Shown here in pieces: positions 17,224 through 25,924 of a DNA stretch of 64,000 bases. Below the pieces are notes generated by a model. The model made no database searches and was not told where the DNA came from. It saw nothing but the letters and a program-made list of their open reading frames with translations. Position 1 is the first letter of the stretch. Every line of letters begins with the position of its first letter. Source of the stretch: Parcubacteria bacterium RAAC4_OD1_1 (GTDB taxonomy: Bacteria; Patescibacteriota; Minisyncoccia; Phycocordibacterales; UBA9973); assembly GCA_000505065.1 (NCBI GenBank), contig AWSN01000001.1:339647-403646 (forward strand), given 5' to 3'. A program made the translations under genes and the position numbers.

Positions 17224-18489
17224 TTATGAAATAAATTCTTTATCATTAAAATACTTTCTCAAAACTTCTGGGATTTTTATCGTGCCATCTATTTGCTGGA
17301 AATTTTCTACAAGCGAAACCAATATGCGAGGAGTGGGAATCGCGGTACTATTTAATGAGTGTGCATAACGAAGCTTTCCATCTTCATCTCTATATCTGAT
17401 ATTAAATCTTCTAGTCTGAAAATCATGAAAATAAGAAGCAGATGATATCTCACGATATTTTTCTTCTTTTGGAACCCAAAGCTCTATATCGTATTTCTTC
17501 ACTTGTCCAAGACCAAGGTCTCCTCCGCAATTGATTACAGTGTGATAAGGTATACCGAGTGACTCGATAAATTTTTCTGTATTCCTATTTATTTCTTCAT
17601 GAAAATTTACAGATGTTTGATGATTTGCTTCACAAAGTATGACTTGTTCAAATTTATAAAATTCATGGACACGAATAAGACCTTTTACGTCCTTACTATG
17701 ACTTCCTGCTTCACGTCTAAAACAAGGAGAAAATCCAAGATACTTTATAGGAAAATCTTTCATATCTAAAATCTCATCAGAATGAAATCCCATAAGTGGA
17801 ACCTCAGCGGTGCCCGCTAGAGCATCTCCATCTTGAGTCATATAATAATCTTCTACATCTCCTGGGAGATGCCCCGTCCCATAAAGATTTTGCTTACGTA
17901 TAATAACTGGAGGAATAATAGGCGTAAATCCTTTATCACCAAAAAAGTCCATTGCGTAATTCCAAATGGCAAAACAAAGTCTCGCTCCTTCTCCTGTCAA
18001 AAAATAACCTCTAAATCCATGAACTTTTGCTCCTCTTTCAAAATCAACCATTTTAAGTTTAGTCATTAACTCAATATGATCTTTTGGTTCAAAATCGAAT
18101 TTTGTTAACTCTCCCCATTTTTTTATTTCTTGATTTTCTGCATCACTATCACCATCAGGAACTGACATATCAGGAATGTTTGGGACTTGAAGCATAAGAG
18201 CCTGCCAATCTTGCATTATTACTTTTAATTCTTCTTCTTTTTTACCCAAATCTTCCTTAAGCATTTTCATTTCATTTATCATTTGGGAACGAGCATTCAT
18301 ATCCTTTTCTATAGCGATAGATGTATTCATTTTATTTTGCTCTCCTCTTAAAGCTTCCACTTCTCCCAAAAGTGATATCCTCTTTTCATCAATATTTATA
18401 AGATCATCCACATTAAAAGAACTATGTTTCTTCTCTGAAGCCATTTTAACCAAATCCTTATTTTCTTTTATAAATTTGATGTCTAACAT
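17224..18489 (-). CDS. serS: seryl-tRNA synthetase
   Basis: N-terminal coiled coil (MLDIKFIKEN...), class II motifs, FRREAGSHSKDVKGLIRVHEF. Confidence 0.9.
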   Translation of the reverse strand: MLDIKFIKENKDLVKMASEKKHSSFNVDDLINIDEKRISLLGEVEALRGEQNKMNTSIAIEKDMNARSQMINEMKMLKEDLGKKEEELKVIMQDWQALMLQVPNIPDMSVPDGDSDAENQEIKKWGELTKFDFEPKDHIELMTKLKMVDFERGAKVHGFRGYFLTGEGARLCFAIWNYAMDFFGDKGFTPIIPPVIIRKQNLYGTGHLPGDVEDYYMTQDGDALAGTAEVPLMGFHSDEILDMKDFPIKYLGFSPCFRREAGSHSKDVKGLIRVHEFYKFEQVILCEANHQTSVNFHEEINRNTEKFIESLGIPYHTVINCGGDLGLGQVKKYDIELWVPKEEKYREISSASYFHDFQTRRFNIRYRDEDGKLRYAHSLNSTAIPTPRILVSLVENFQQIDGTIKIPEVLRKYFNDKEFIS

Positions 18490-18557
18490 ATAGATTTTAT
18501 TATACTACTTTCATATATTTTTTCAAAATAGATAAAATAAGTGGTATAATAGATGGG

Positions 18558-19421
18558 ATGGATGACATAAGAAAAATGAAAAAAGAGGAATATCCAGAAT
18601 CTCTTTTAGAAATTCCTCAACCTCCAAAAGTTTTATATATTCGTGGTGAACTTCCAAAAGAAGATTTAATTTATTTGGCAGTTGTAGGTTCTCGTAAATA
18701 CACTTCATATGGTAAAGATATTTGTGAAAAATTAATCAAAGGGTTAAAGGGTTATCCTGTTTGTATTGTATCTGGTCTTGCTATAGGTATAGACAGTATC
18801 GCACATCGTACAGCTCTAGATAGTGGTTTAACCACTATCTCTTTTCCTGGTTCAGGGCTCGACAGAAATGCTCTCCACCCAAAATCAAATATCCGCCTTG
18901 CAGATGAAATAGTGGAAAGTGGTGGATGCCTTATATCTGAAATGGAACCCAATATGAAAGCTACTTTATATTCTTTTCCTCAAAGGAATAGACTAATGGC
19001 GGGAATTTCAAAAGCAGTCCTTATAATAGAAGCTGAAGAAAAGTCGGGTACTCTTATTACTGCACGTATGGCGCTTGACTACAATCGTGATGTCCTTGCC
19101 GTCCCCGGCTCTGCTTTCTCTTCAAATTCCAATGGCACCAACTGGCTCATAAAAGAAGGTGCCACCCCTGTGACAAGTAGTGAAGATGTATTAATTGCAT
19201 TAGGATTTAATATAGAAAAACCAAAATTATCTGATAAAGAAAAATACGCCGACTGTGGCAAGGATGAAATGAAAATTATAGAACTTCTTCGTGAACCAAT
19301 ACCTCGCGATGAACTAATCCGAGCCTCCGGCCTCCCCATCTCTTCTGCCAACGCCCTTCTTTCCATAATGGAAATTAAAGAATTAATTAAAGAAGAATTA
19401 GGGGAGATGAGAAGAATTTAA
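18558..19421 (+). CDS. dprA: DNA processing protein DprA (Smf)
   Basis: VVGSRKYTSYGK...IVSGLAIGIDSIAHRTAL...SGTLITARMALDYNRDVLAVPG Rossmann-like DprA core plus C-terminal wHTH. Confidence 0.85.
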   Translation: MDDIRKMKKEEYPESLLEIPQPPKVLYIRGELPKEDLIYLAVVGSRKYTSYGKDICEKLIKGLKGYPVCIVSGLAIGIDSIAHRTALDSGLTTISFPGSGLDRNALHPKSNIRLADEIVESGGCLISEMEPNMKATLYSFPQRNRLMAGISKAVLIIEAEEKSGTLITARMALDYNRDVLAVPGSAFSSNSNGTNWLIKEGATPVTSSEDVLIALGFNIEKPKLSDKEKYADCGKDEMKIIELLREPIPRDELIRASGLPISSANALLSIMEIKELIKEELGEMRRI

Positions 19422-19423
19422 AT

Positions 19424-19672
19424 TTATTTCTTTTTAAATTTTATTTTGAGTAAAGAATATACTGCAATTAAAGCCCAGATTATTTGAAGAGTAAAAGCTG
19501 GCCAAGCTGTTTTATAAAAAACACTAACTCCAATAAAGATAGCACCAAAAAGATTAAGTAATTGATATGATTTACTGTTTTCAGTTATATCTTCTCTATA
19601 AACTAAAATAAAATATGCAAAGACAACAAAAAATGTCCCTACCCACCCAAGTATTTGTGAAAATATTTCCAT
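19424..19672 (-). CDS. small 3-TM membrane protein
   Basis: 82 aa, hydrophobic. Confidence 0.4.
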   Translation of the reverse strand: MEIFSQILGWVGTFFVVFAYFILVYREDITENSKSYQLLNLFGAIFIGVSVFYKTAWPAFTLQIIWALIAVYSLLKIKFKKK

Positions 19673-19742
19673 TTAATTATTATCTCATTTTAATATTAAA
19701 TTTGCAAAAAAATATAGTTTCGTGTAATACTTAGTGACATAT

Positions 19743-22037
19743 ATGAAACTTTTAATCGTTGAGTCACCATCAAAAGCAAAAACTATAGAAAAATATTTGG
19801 GTGGAGAATACACTGTCCGTGCTTCTGTTGGTCATATTCGTGATTTACCAAAATCAAACAAAAACGCTATCGATATAGAAGGTGGTTTTATTCCACGTTA
19901 TGAAATTTCAAAAGGAAAAGAGAAAGTGGTTCATGATTTAAAATCTCTCGGAGAAAAAGCGACAGACATAATGCTCGCGACAGACCCGGACCGTGAAGGA
20001 GAAGCTATATCTTGGCATATTAAAGAATTGCTTGATGATGATAAAAAAATAAAATCATCTATCAAAAGAGTGGCTTTCCATGAAATTACAAAAGAAGCAA
20101 TAATAGAAGCTATTCAAAATCCGAGAGATATAGATCAAGATTTAGTAAAAGCCCAAGAAGCTCGCCGAGTGCTAGACAGGTTAGTAGGTTATGATTTGTC
20201 TGGAGTGATCTGGAAAAAAGTTCGCTATGGCCTCTCTGCTGGCCGAGTCCAATCCCCTGCTCTTCGTATAATAATGGAAAAAGAAAGAGAAATCCGTGCT
20301 TTTATACCAGAAAAATATTGGGTAATTGATGGAGATTTTGAGACAAATAAAAACAAAATAACTCTCTATTGCGAAGAAGAACCACGTGATGAAAAAGTTG
20401 TAGAAAAAATTATTTCATTAGGTAAGAAAGAAGAATGGTTCATAAAAGATGTAAAATCAAGTGAACAAAAAAGAAGTCCTAGGGCTCCATTTACTACATC
20501 GACACTCCAACAAACAGCCAGCACACGTTTAGGATTCTCTCCTTCTCGTACTATGAGTGTAGCCCAGAAACTTTACGAAGCAGGACTCATCACCTATATG
20601 CGTACAGATAGTACAAATCTAAGTTCTCAAGCCCAAGGTCAAATACTTGCACTTATAGAAAAGAAGTATGGTAAAGAATACGCAGAGAAAAATTTTTATA
20701 AAACAAAATCCAAAAATGCTCAAGAAGCACACGAAGCTATTCGTCCTACACATATAAATGAATTGAATGCCGGATACAATGAAGAACAAAAGAAACTTTA
20801 CAAACTTATTTGGGAAAGGGCTGTTTCCTCTCAAATGACTGATGCAAAATTACTAAAAACAAAAATAATTGCAAATATTGAGCCAGAGGCCTTGCCTATG
20901 GCTTTAGCCATAGGCAAGGCCTCTGGTGAATTTGTTTTCCCAGACTTTTATATCAATGGTTCTCAGGTTCTTTTCCCTGGATGGCTTGTATGTGATCAAT
21001 CAGCAAAAGGAGAAGATGTAGAACTCCCTTCTGTAAAAACTGGTGAAAAAATAAAATTATTAAATATCAGAAGTACAGAAAAATCAACAGAACCTCCAAA
21101 TAGATACACAGAAGCAGGGCTAGTAAAAGAATTAGAAACTAGAGGTATAGGTAGACCTTCTACTTATGCATCTATAATGAAGACATTAGAAGATCGAGGT
21201 TATGTAATCAAAGAAGGGAGAACTTTATTCCCCACAGATACAGGAGATGTAGTCTCGACATTTTTAGAAGAAAATTTTGCAAAATATATAAGTGATACTT
21301 TTACTGCAGAAATGGAAGACGAACTCGATGATATTTCAAATGGTAAAAGAGATTATGTAAAAACTTTAAAAGATTTTTATATCCCTTTTCAGAAAGAAGT
21401 TAAAGAAAAAGATAAACTTGCAAAAGCTACAAATATGGGTGAAGCTCCAGAAGAAATAAGATGCCCTAAGTGTAATGAAAATATGATAATAAAACTTTCT
21501 CGTGGTGGTAAATTCTATTCTTGTAGTAAATATCCTGATTGTGATGGAGCACGCACAATCGAAGGAGAAATATTAGAAGGTCCAAAAGAAACAGGAGAAA
21601 AGTGTCCTCTTTGTGGCGATAAAAAACCTGTCCGCCCTCGCGGGAACTCGGGAACAGGCGGGGGAAAAAATGAAGGAGGAAAACTTGTTATTCGCACTAG
21701 GCGCGATGGAACTGGCACATTTATTTCATGTTCTCGTTATCCAAAATGCAAATTCATAAAACAAGATGAGGAGGAGCTCAAAAAGAAAATGACAGATGTT
21801 ACTTGTCCAATTTGTAAGAAAGGTAAAATGATGGAAAGAAAAGGAAGATTTGGAATATTTTATTCATGTTCAAATTATCCAGATTGTAAAAATGCCATAA
21901 AAGCAAAACCTACAGGAAATATTTGTGAATACTGTAACTCACTAATGATGGAAGGCACAAAAACTATCCCCGAAAGATGTAGTAATAAAATGTGCAAAAA
22001 TCACAATCCACTCAAGCTAGCGAGACAAAATGCCTAA
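19743..22037 (+). CDS. topA: DNA topoisomerase I with C-terminal Cys4 zinc ribbons
   Basis: Toprim MKLLIVESPSKAKTI, active-site region LITYMRTDS, and three C4 zinc ribbons (CPKCN..CSKYPDC and others). Confidence 0.9.
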   Translation: MKLLIVESPSKAKTIEKYLGGEYTVRASVGHIRDLPKSNKNAIDIEGGFIPRYEISKGKEKVVHDLKSLGEKATDIMLATDPDREGEAISWHIKELLDDDKKIKSSIKRVAFHEITKEAIIEAIQNPRDIDQDLVKAQEARRVLDRLVGYDLSGVIWKKVRYGLSAGRVQSPALRIIMEKEREIRAFIPEKYWVIDGDFETNKNKITLYCEEEPRDEKVVEKIISLGKKEEWFIKDVKSSEQKRSPRAPFTTSTLQQTASTRLGFSPSRTMSVAQKLYEAGLITYMRTDSTNLSSQAQGQILALIEKKYGKEYAEKNFYKTKSKNAQEAHEAIRPTHINELNAGYNEEQKKLYKLIWERAVSSQMTDAKLLKTKIIANIEPEALPMALAIGKASGEFVFPDFYINGSQVLFPGWLVCDQSAKGEDVELPSVKTGEKIKLLNIRSTEKSTEPPNRYTEAGLVKELETRGIGRPSTYASIMKTLEDRGYVIKEGRTLFPTDTGDVVSTFLEENFAKYISDTFTAEMEDELDDISNGKRDYVKTLKDFYIPFQKEVKEKDKLAKATNMGEAPEEIRCPKCNENMIIKLSRGGKFYSCSKYPDCDGARTIEGEILEGPKETGEKCPLCGDKKPVRPRGNSGTGGGKNEGGKLVIRTRRDGTGTFISCSRYPKCKFIKQDEEELKKKMTDVTCPICKKGKMMERKGRFGIFYSCSNYPDCKNAIKAKPTGNICEYCNSLMMEGTKTIPERCSNKMCKNHNPLKLARQNA

Positions 22038-22058
22038 TTTAAATTAGGCATTTTTAGT
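22030..22058 (+). terminator. terminator after topA
   Basis: aatgcctaatttaaattaggcattttt. Confidence 0.55.
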
Positions 22059-22089
22059 TTTTGTAAAATATATAGTATAATAAATTATT

Positions 22090-23565
22090 ATGATAGGCCA
22101 AGTAGATGAAATATTCGGAGCAATACATAAAAAGCTTACAGCTAAAGATAAAGAGCTTATAAAAAAGGCTTATAATTTTTCTCATAAAGCACACGAAGGG
22201 CAACTTCGAAAAAGTGGTGAACCATATTTTAATCATGTCTTTGCGACAGCAAAAAATTTAGCAGAATTAGGTATGAGCCCTATCGTTATATCTGCAGGAT
22301 TTCTACACGATGTACTAGAAGATACTCCAGTAAAAGAAGAAGAAATGGAAAAAGAATTTGACCACGAGATAACAAACTTAGTGAAAGGTGTGACCAAATT
22401 GGGCACAGTCAGATATAAAGGTATGGAAAGAAATGTGGAAAATTTACGAAAATTTTTCGTCTCAATGGCTGAAGATTTACGAGTTCTTGTTATTAAACTT
22501 GCAGATAGACTTCATAATATAGAAACACTCGAATTTGTAAGAGGAGATAAGCAAAAAAGAATCGCTCTAGAAACTCTCGAAGTTTATGCTCAACTTGCAA
22601 ATAGACTATCGATGGGTAAACTCAAAGGTAGATTAGAAGATGCTTCTTTTAAATATGCATATCCTAAAGAATATGAGGAGACTAAAAAATTTTTAGAAGA
22701 AAAAAAAGATGCTAAAGAAAAATATTTGATAGAAGTAAGAGATGTTCTACTTGAAAAATTGCATGAAGAAAAAATAAAAGGATTTAAAATAGATTATAGG
22801 CAAAAACATTTATATTCTCTATGGAAAAAAATGCAAAAATACAATATGGATATCGGAAAAATCTATGATATTATTGCTCTCCGCGTAATGGTAAATACTG
22901 TCTCTGATTGCTACCATGTATTGGGTATTATCCATGGAGAATGGACTCCCGTCCCAAACAGATTCAAAGACTACATCGCGACACCAAAAGCCAACGGATA
23001 CCAAAGTCTTCATACTACAATATTTACAGGTACAGGTGGAATAGTAGAAATACAGATAAGAACACATGAGATGCATGAACAAGCTGAAAATGGTATCGCC
23101 TCTCACTTTATATATAAAGAAAAAATTTCAAATATAAATGATAAAAGTCTAGAGTGGGTAAATCAACTACACGAAATAGGTAAAGAGGTTGTAAGTGAAA
23201 AAGAAAAACCAGAGAAAGTCTTAGAAAAAATTAAAATAAATTTCTTTAAAAATCGTGTTTTTGTCTTTACTCCAAAAGGAGATATTATAGATCTACCCGA
23301 AGAAGCCTCTGTTATTGATTTTGCTTATGCTATACATACAGACCTGGGTTGTCACGCTCAAGGAGCAAAAGTAAATGGTAAAAATGTTTCACTGGGGACC
23401 AAACTTAAAACTCATGACATCGTTGAAATTCAAGTAAACAAAAATGCCAAACCTTCATCTAAGTGGCTAGATTATGCAAAAACAACTCTTGCAAAAAGAG
23501 AAATAAATGCATACCTAAAAAACAATAGCCTTCTCTCCAAATTTCTTTCTTTTGGTAAAAATTAA
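22090..23565 (+). CDS. rel: bifunctional (p)ppGpp synthetase/hydrolase, short RelA/SpoT homologue (HD-Synth-TGS, no ACT)
   Basis: HD motif FLHDVLEDT, synthetase motifs DIIALRVMV and HTTIF, TGS region VFVFTPKGDIIDLPEEASVIDFAYAIHTDLG. Confidence 0.85.
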   Translation: MIGQVDEIFGAIHKKLTAKDKELIKKAYNFSHKAHEGQLRKSGEPYFNHVFATAKNLAELGMSPIVISAGFLHDVLEDTPVKEEEMEKEFDHEITNLVKGVTKLGTVRYKGMERNVENLRKFFVSMAEDLRVLVIKLADRLHNIETLEFVRGDKQKRIALETLEVYAQLANRLSMGKLKGRLEDASFKYAYPKEYEETKKFLEEKKDAKEKYLIEVRDVLLEKLHEEKIKGFKIDYRQKHLYSLWKKMQKYNMDIGKIYDIIALRVMVNTVSDCYHVLGIIHGEWTPVPNRFKDYIATPKANGYQSLHTTIFTGTGGIVEIQIRTHEMHEQAENGIASHFIYKEKISNINDKSLEWVNQLHEIGKEVVSEKEKPEKVLEKIKINFFKNRVFVFTPKGDIIDLPEEASVIDFAYAIHTDLGCHAQGAKVNGKNVSLGTKLKTHDIVEIQVNKNAKPSSKWLDYAKTTLAKREINAYLKNNSLLSKFLSFGKN

Positions 23566-23598
23566 AATCTTCCCAAAATTTGGGAAGATTTTAATTTT
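23566..23598. terminator. bidirectional terminator between rel and parB
   Basis: aaaatcttcccaaaatttgggaagatttt. Confidence 0.55.
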
Positions 23599-23599
23599 A

Positions 23600-24619
23600 T
23601 TAAATTGAAAAGTTTTTTATATTATATAAATCTTCTTCAGCTTTCTGTTTTTCCTCTTCTGTTCTATCATCGAGCATTTCTATATCTTCATCTATTAAAA
23701 CACCTTCTATGGTCGCTTCACTTGGTGCAGAAAGTACAACTTCCCCACCCTTTGATGCAATATATTTATCAAGCATTTCAGTTTTATTTCCCTCATTTCT
23801 TTCTTTTATAAGACTCAATATAGTGTGAAGATCATCATTGGTAAAGAAATCAATTTTGATTTGTCCTCCATTTTCTTTTTTGTCTATCTGAACTCTTGTA
23901 CCAAGAGTCTCCCCTAGTTTTTCTTCCATCTCTGCTATTTCTGGATCTAAAATATATTCTTTCTTTCGAACACGATCATAAGCTATTCTTCGCGCCACTT
24001 TTTCCGCGTCTCTCACTGTCATCTTTTTAAAGACAATTTCTTTAAATAAAACCATTTGCTCTTCAGGCCTATCTGTAAGCATAAGAATAGGCCTTGTATG
24101 CCCTTCGCTTATTTTACCAGCAGAAAGTGCATCTAGTACTTCTTGAGGTAAAGAAAGGAGCCTTAAAGTATTGGAAACATACTCACGACTTTTACCCATC
24201 TTCTGCCCGATTTGTGTATGAGTAAATTTAAATTCTTCAACAAGCCTAAAGAATGCTCTTGCTCTTTCAACAGCATTTAAATCTTCTCTTTGTAAATTCT
24301 CTATTATCGCAAGTTCAAGCTTGGCCATATTGTCATCCCCAACACGGATGATAACTGGCACCTGAGCTACCCCTGCAAGCTTGGAAGCCCTAAGCCTTCT
24401 TTCCCCAGCGATAAGTTCATATTCGGCTATTATCCCCCCGTCTTCTTTTTCTATTTCTACACGAGAAACTACAAGTGGCTGAAGCACTCCATACTGACGA
24501 ATAGAATCTGCCAAATCTTTCAATCTAGCTTCGTCAAATTCTCGCCTTGGTTGAAAAGGATTTGGCTTAATTTTCTCTACATCTATAAAAAATATTGAAT
24601 TACTATAAAGCTGTGACAT
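23600..24619 (-). CDS. parB: ParB/Spo0J partition protein
   Basis: IKPNPFQPRREFDEARLKDLADSIRQYGVLQPLVV and GERRLRASKLAG motifs. Confidence 0.85.
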   Translation of the reverse strand: MSQLYSNSIFFIDVEKIKPNPFQPRREFDEARLKDLADSIRQYGVLQPLVVSRVEIEKEDGGIIAEYELIAGERRLRASKLAGVAQVPVIIRVGDDNMAKLELAIIENLQREDLNAVERARAFFRLVEEFKFTHTQIGQKMGKSREYVSNTLRLLSLPQEVLDALSAGKISEGHTRPILMLTDRPEEQMVLFKEIVFKKMTVRDAEKVARRIAYDRVRKKEYILDPEIAEMEEKLGETLGTRVQIDKKENGGQIKIDFFTNDDLHTILSLIKERNEGNKTEMLDKYIASKGGEVVLSAPSEATIEGVLIDEDIEMLDDRTEEEKQKAEEDLYNIKNFSI

Positions 24620-24696
24620 ATGTCTTTATTTTAGCATAAAATTATTATATTGAAAATTTTAAATATTTGTGTATAATCTAATAGTAGTATTGTGAT

Positions 24697-24780
24697 GCGT
24701 CGGTGGCAGAGTGGTCAATTGCAACTGACTGTAAATCAGTCGCCCTTAGGGCTACGTAGGTTCAAATCCTACCCGGCGCA
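24697..24780 (+). tRNA. tRNA-Tyr (anticodon GTA), type II with long variable arm
   Basis: Acceptor GCGTCGG/CCGGCGC, anticodon stem ACTGA/TCAGT with loop CT-GTA-AA, variable arm CGCCCTTAGGGCTACG, T-loop TTCAAAT. Confidence 0.85.
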
Positions 24781-24991
24781 CAAGAAAGATATTTGTAATT
24801 ATAGATTACAAGTTGTATAATATTCTCGAATATGAAATTTAAGATATTAAATATATCAATCAATCAATTAAGTTCAAGGCAAATTGCTATGAAAAAATTT
24901 ATTGAAAATTGGGATAAAGGGCAGAACGAATGTGTCTGTCCCTTTTCTTTTTATTTGATTTTTAAGATTATATAAGTTAATCTATTTATAT

Positions 24992-25924
24992 ATGTTAAAT
25001 GATTTGTTTATTCTATCAATTTCAATTTTTCTTATCATTAAAGGAGCAACAATGGCTACCAAGTACTCAGCACAACTTGCTGAGAATTATAGATTATCTA
25101 AATACATTATAGGTTTTATTATTGTCGCCGTTATATCAATACTTCCAGAAACATTAATTTCTATAAATTCTGCTATAGAAGGAGTTCCTGAAGTAGGACT
25201 AGGAACACTTTTTGGTTCAAATGTTGCTGACCTTACACTTGTTTTTGCTATTATTATTGCTATATCAGGAAGAAGCATCAGTATAGATAGTAAAATACTA
25301 AAAAACAATATTATATATCCTCTCTTACTTATAATTCCAATAGCACTTGGAATAGATGGACATTACAGTAGAATAGAAGGTATATCGCTTATATTAACAG
25401 GAATCGTATTTTATATAATGGCTTTCAAAAACAGTGTAGATGAAGAAGTCTTAGAGCCAATAAAAAAAGAAAATCGCAAGAAGAATATTTTATTTTTAAT
25501 TTCAAGTATGTTTATACTTCTTTTAGGTTCCCATTTTATAGTTACCTCTTCAACTGATATTGCAAACTATCTGGGTATAAATCCAATTTTTATTGGGATA
25601 TTTATAATAGGCTTAGGAACAGTTATCCCCGAATTAATATTTTCTCTCAAGTCTGTTAAAAAGGACAATGATTCACTTGCTGTTGGAGACATCCTAGGTA
25701 CAGTTCTAGCCGATGCGACAATAGTTGTGGGAATACTTTCTCTTATAAATCCATTTGATTTTCCTAAAAAAATAATCTATGTATCTGGATTGTTTATGAT
25801 TATTGCATCATTTCTTTTGTTTTATTTTATGAAGTCTGGTAAAACACTTTCAAAGAAAGAAAGTTTTATGCTTCTTCTATTTTGGGCATTATTTATAATT
25901 ATAGAATTCTCTATAAATTACTAG
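24992..25924 (+). CDS. Ca2+/cation antiporter (CaCA family, YrbG-like)
   Basis: Two alpha-repeat regions (GSNVADLTL... and GLGTVIPELIFSL) in a 10-TM protein. Confidence 0.7.
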   Translation: MLNDLFILSISIFLIIKGATMATKYSAQLAENYRLSKYIIGFIIVAVISILPETLISINSAIEGVPEVGLGTLFGSNVADLTLVFAIIIAISGRSISIDSKILKNNIIYPLLLIIPIALGIDGHYSRIEGISLILTGIVFYIMAFKNSVDEEVLEPIKKENRKKNILFLISSMFILLLGSHFIVTSSTDIANYLGINPIFIGIFIIGLGTVIPELIFSLKSVKKDNDSLAVGDILGTVLADATIVVGILSLINPFDFPKKIIYVSGLFMIIASFLLFYFMKSGKTLSKKESFMLLLFWALFIIIEFSINY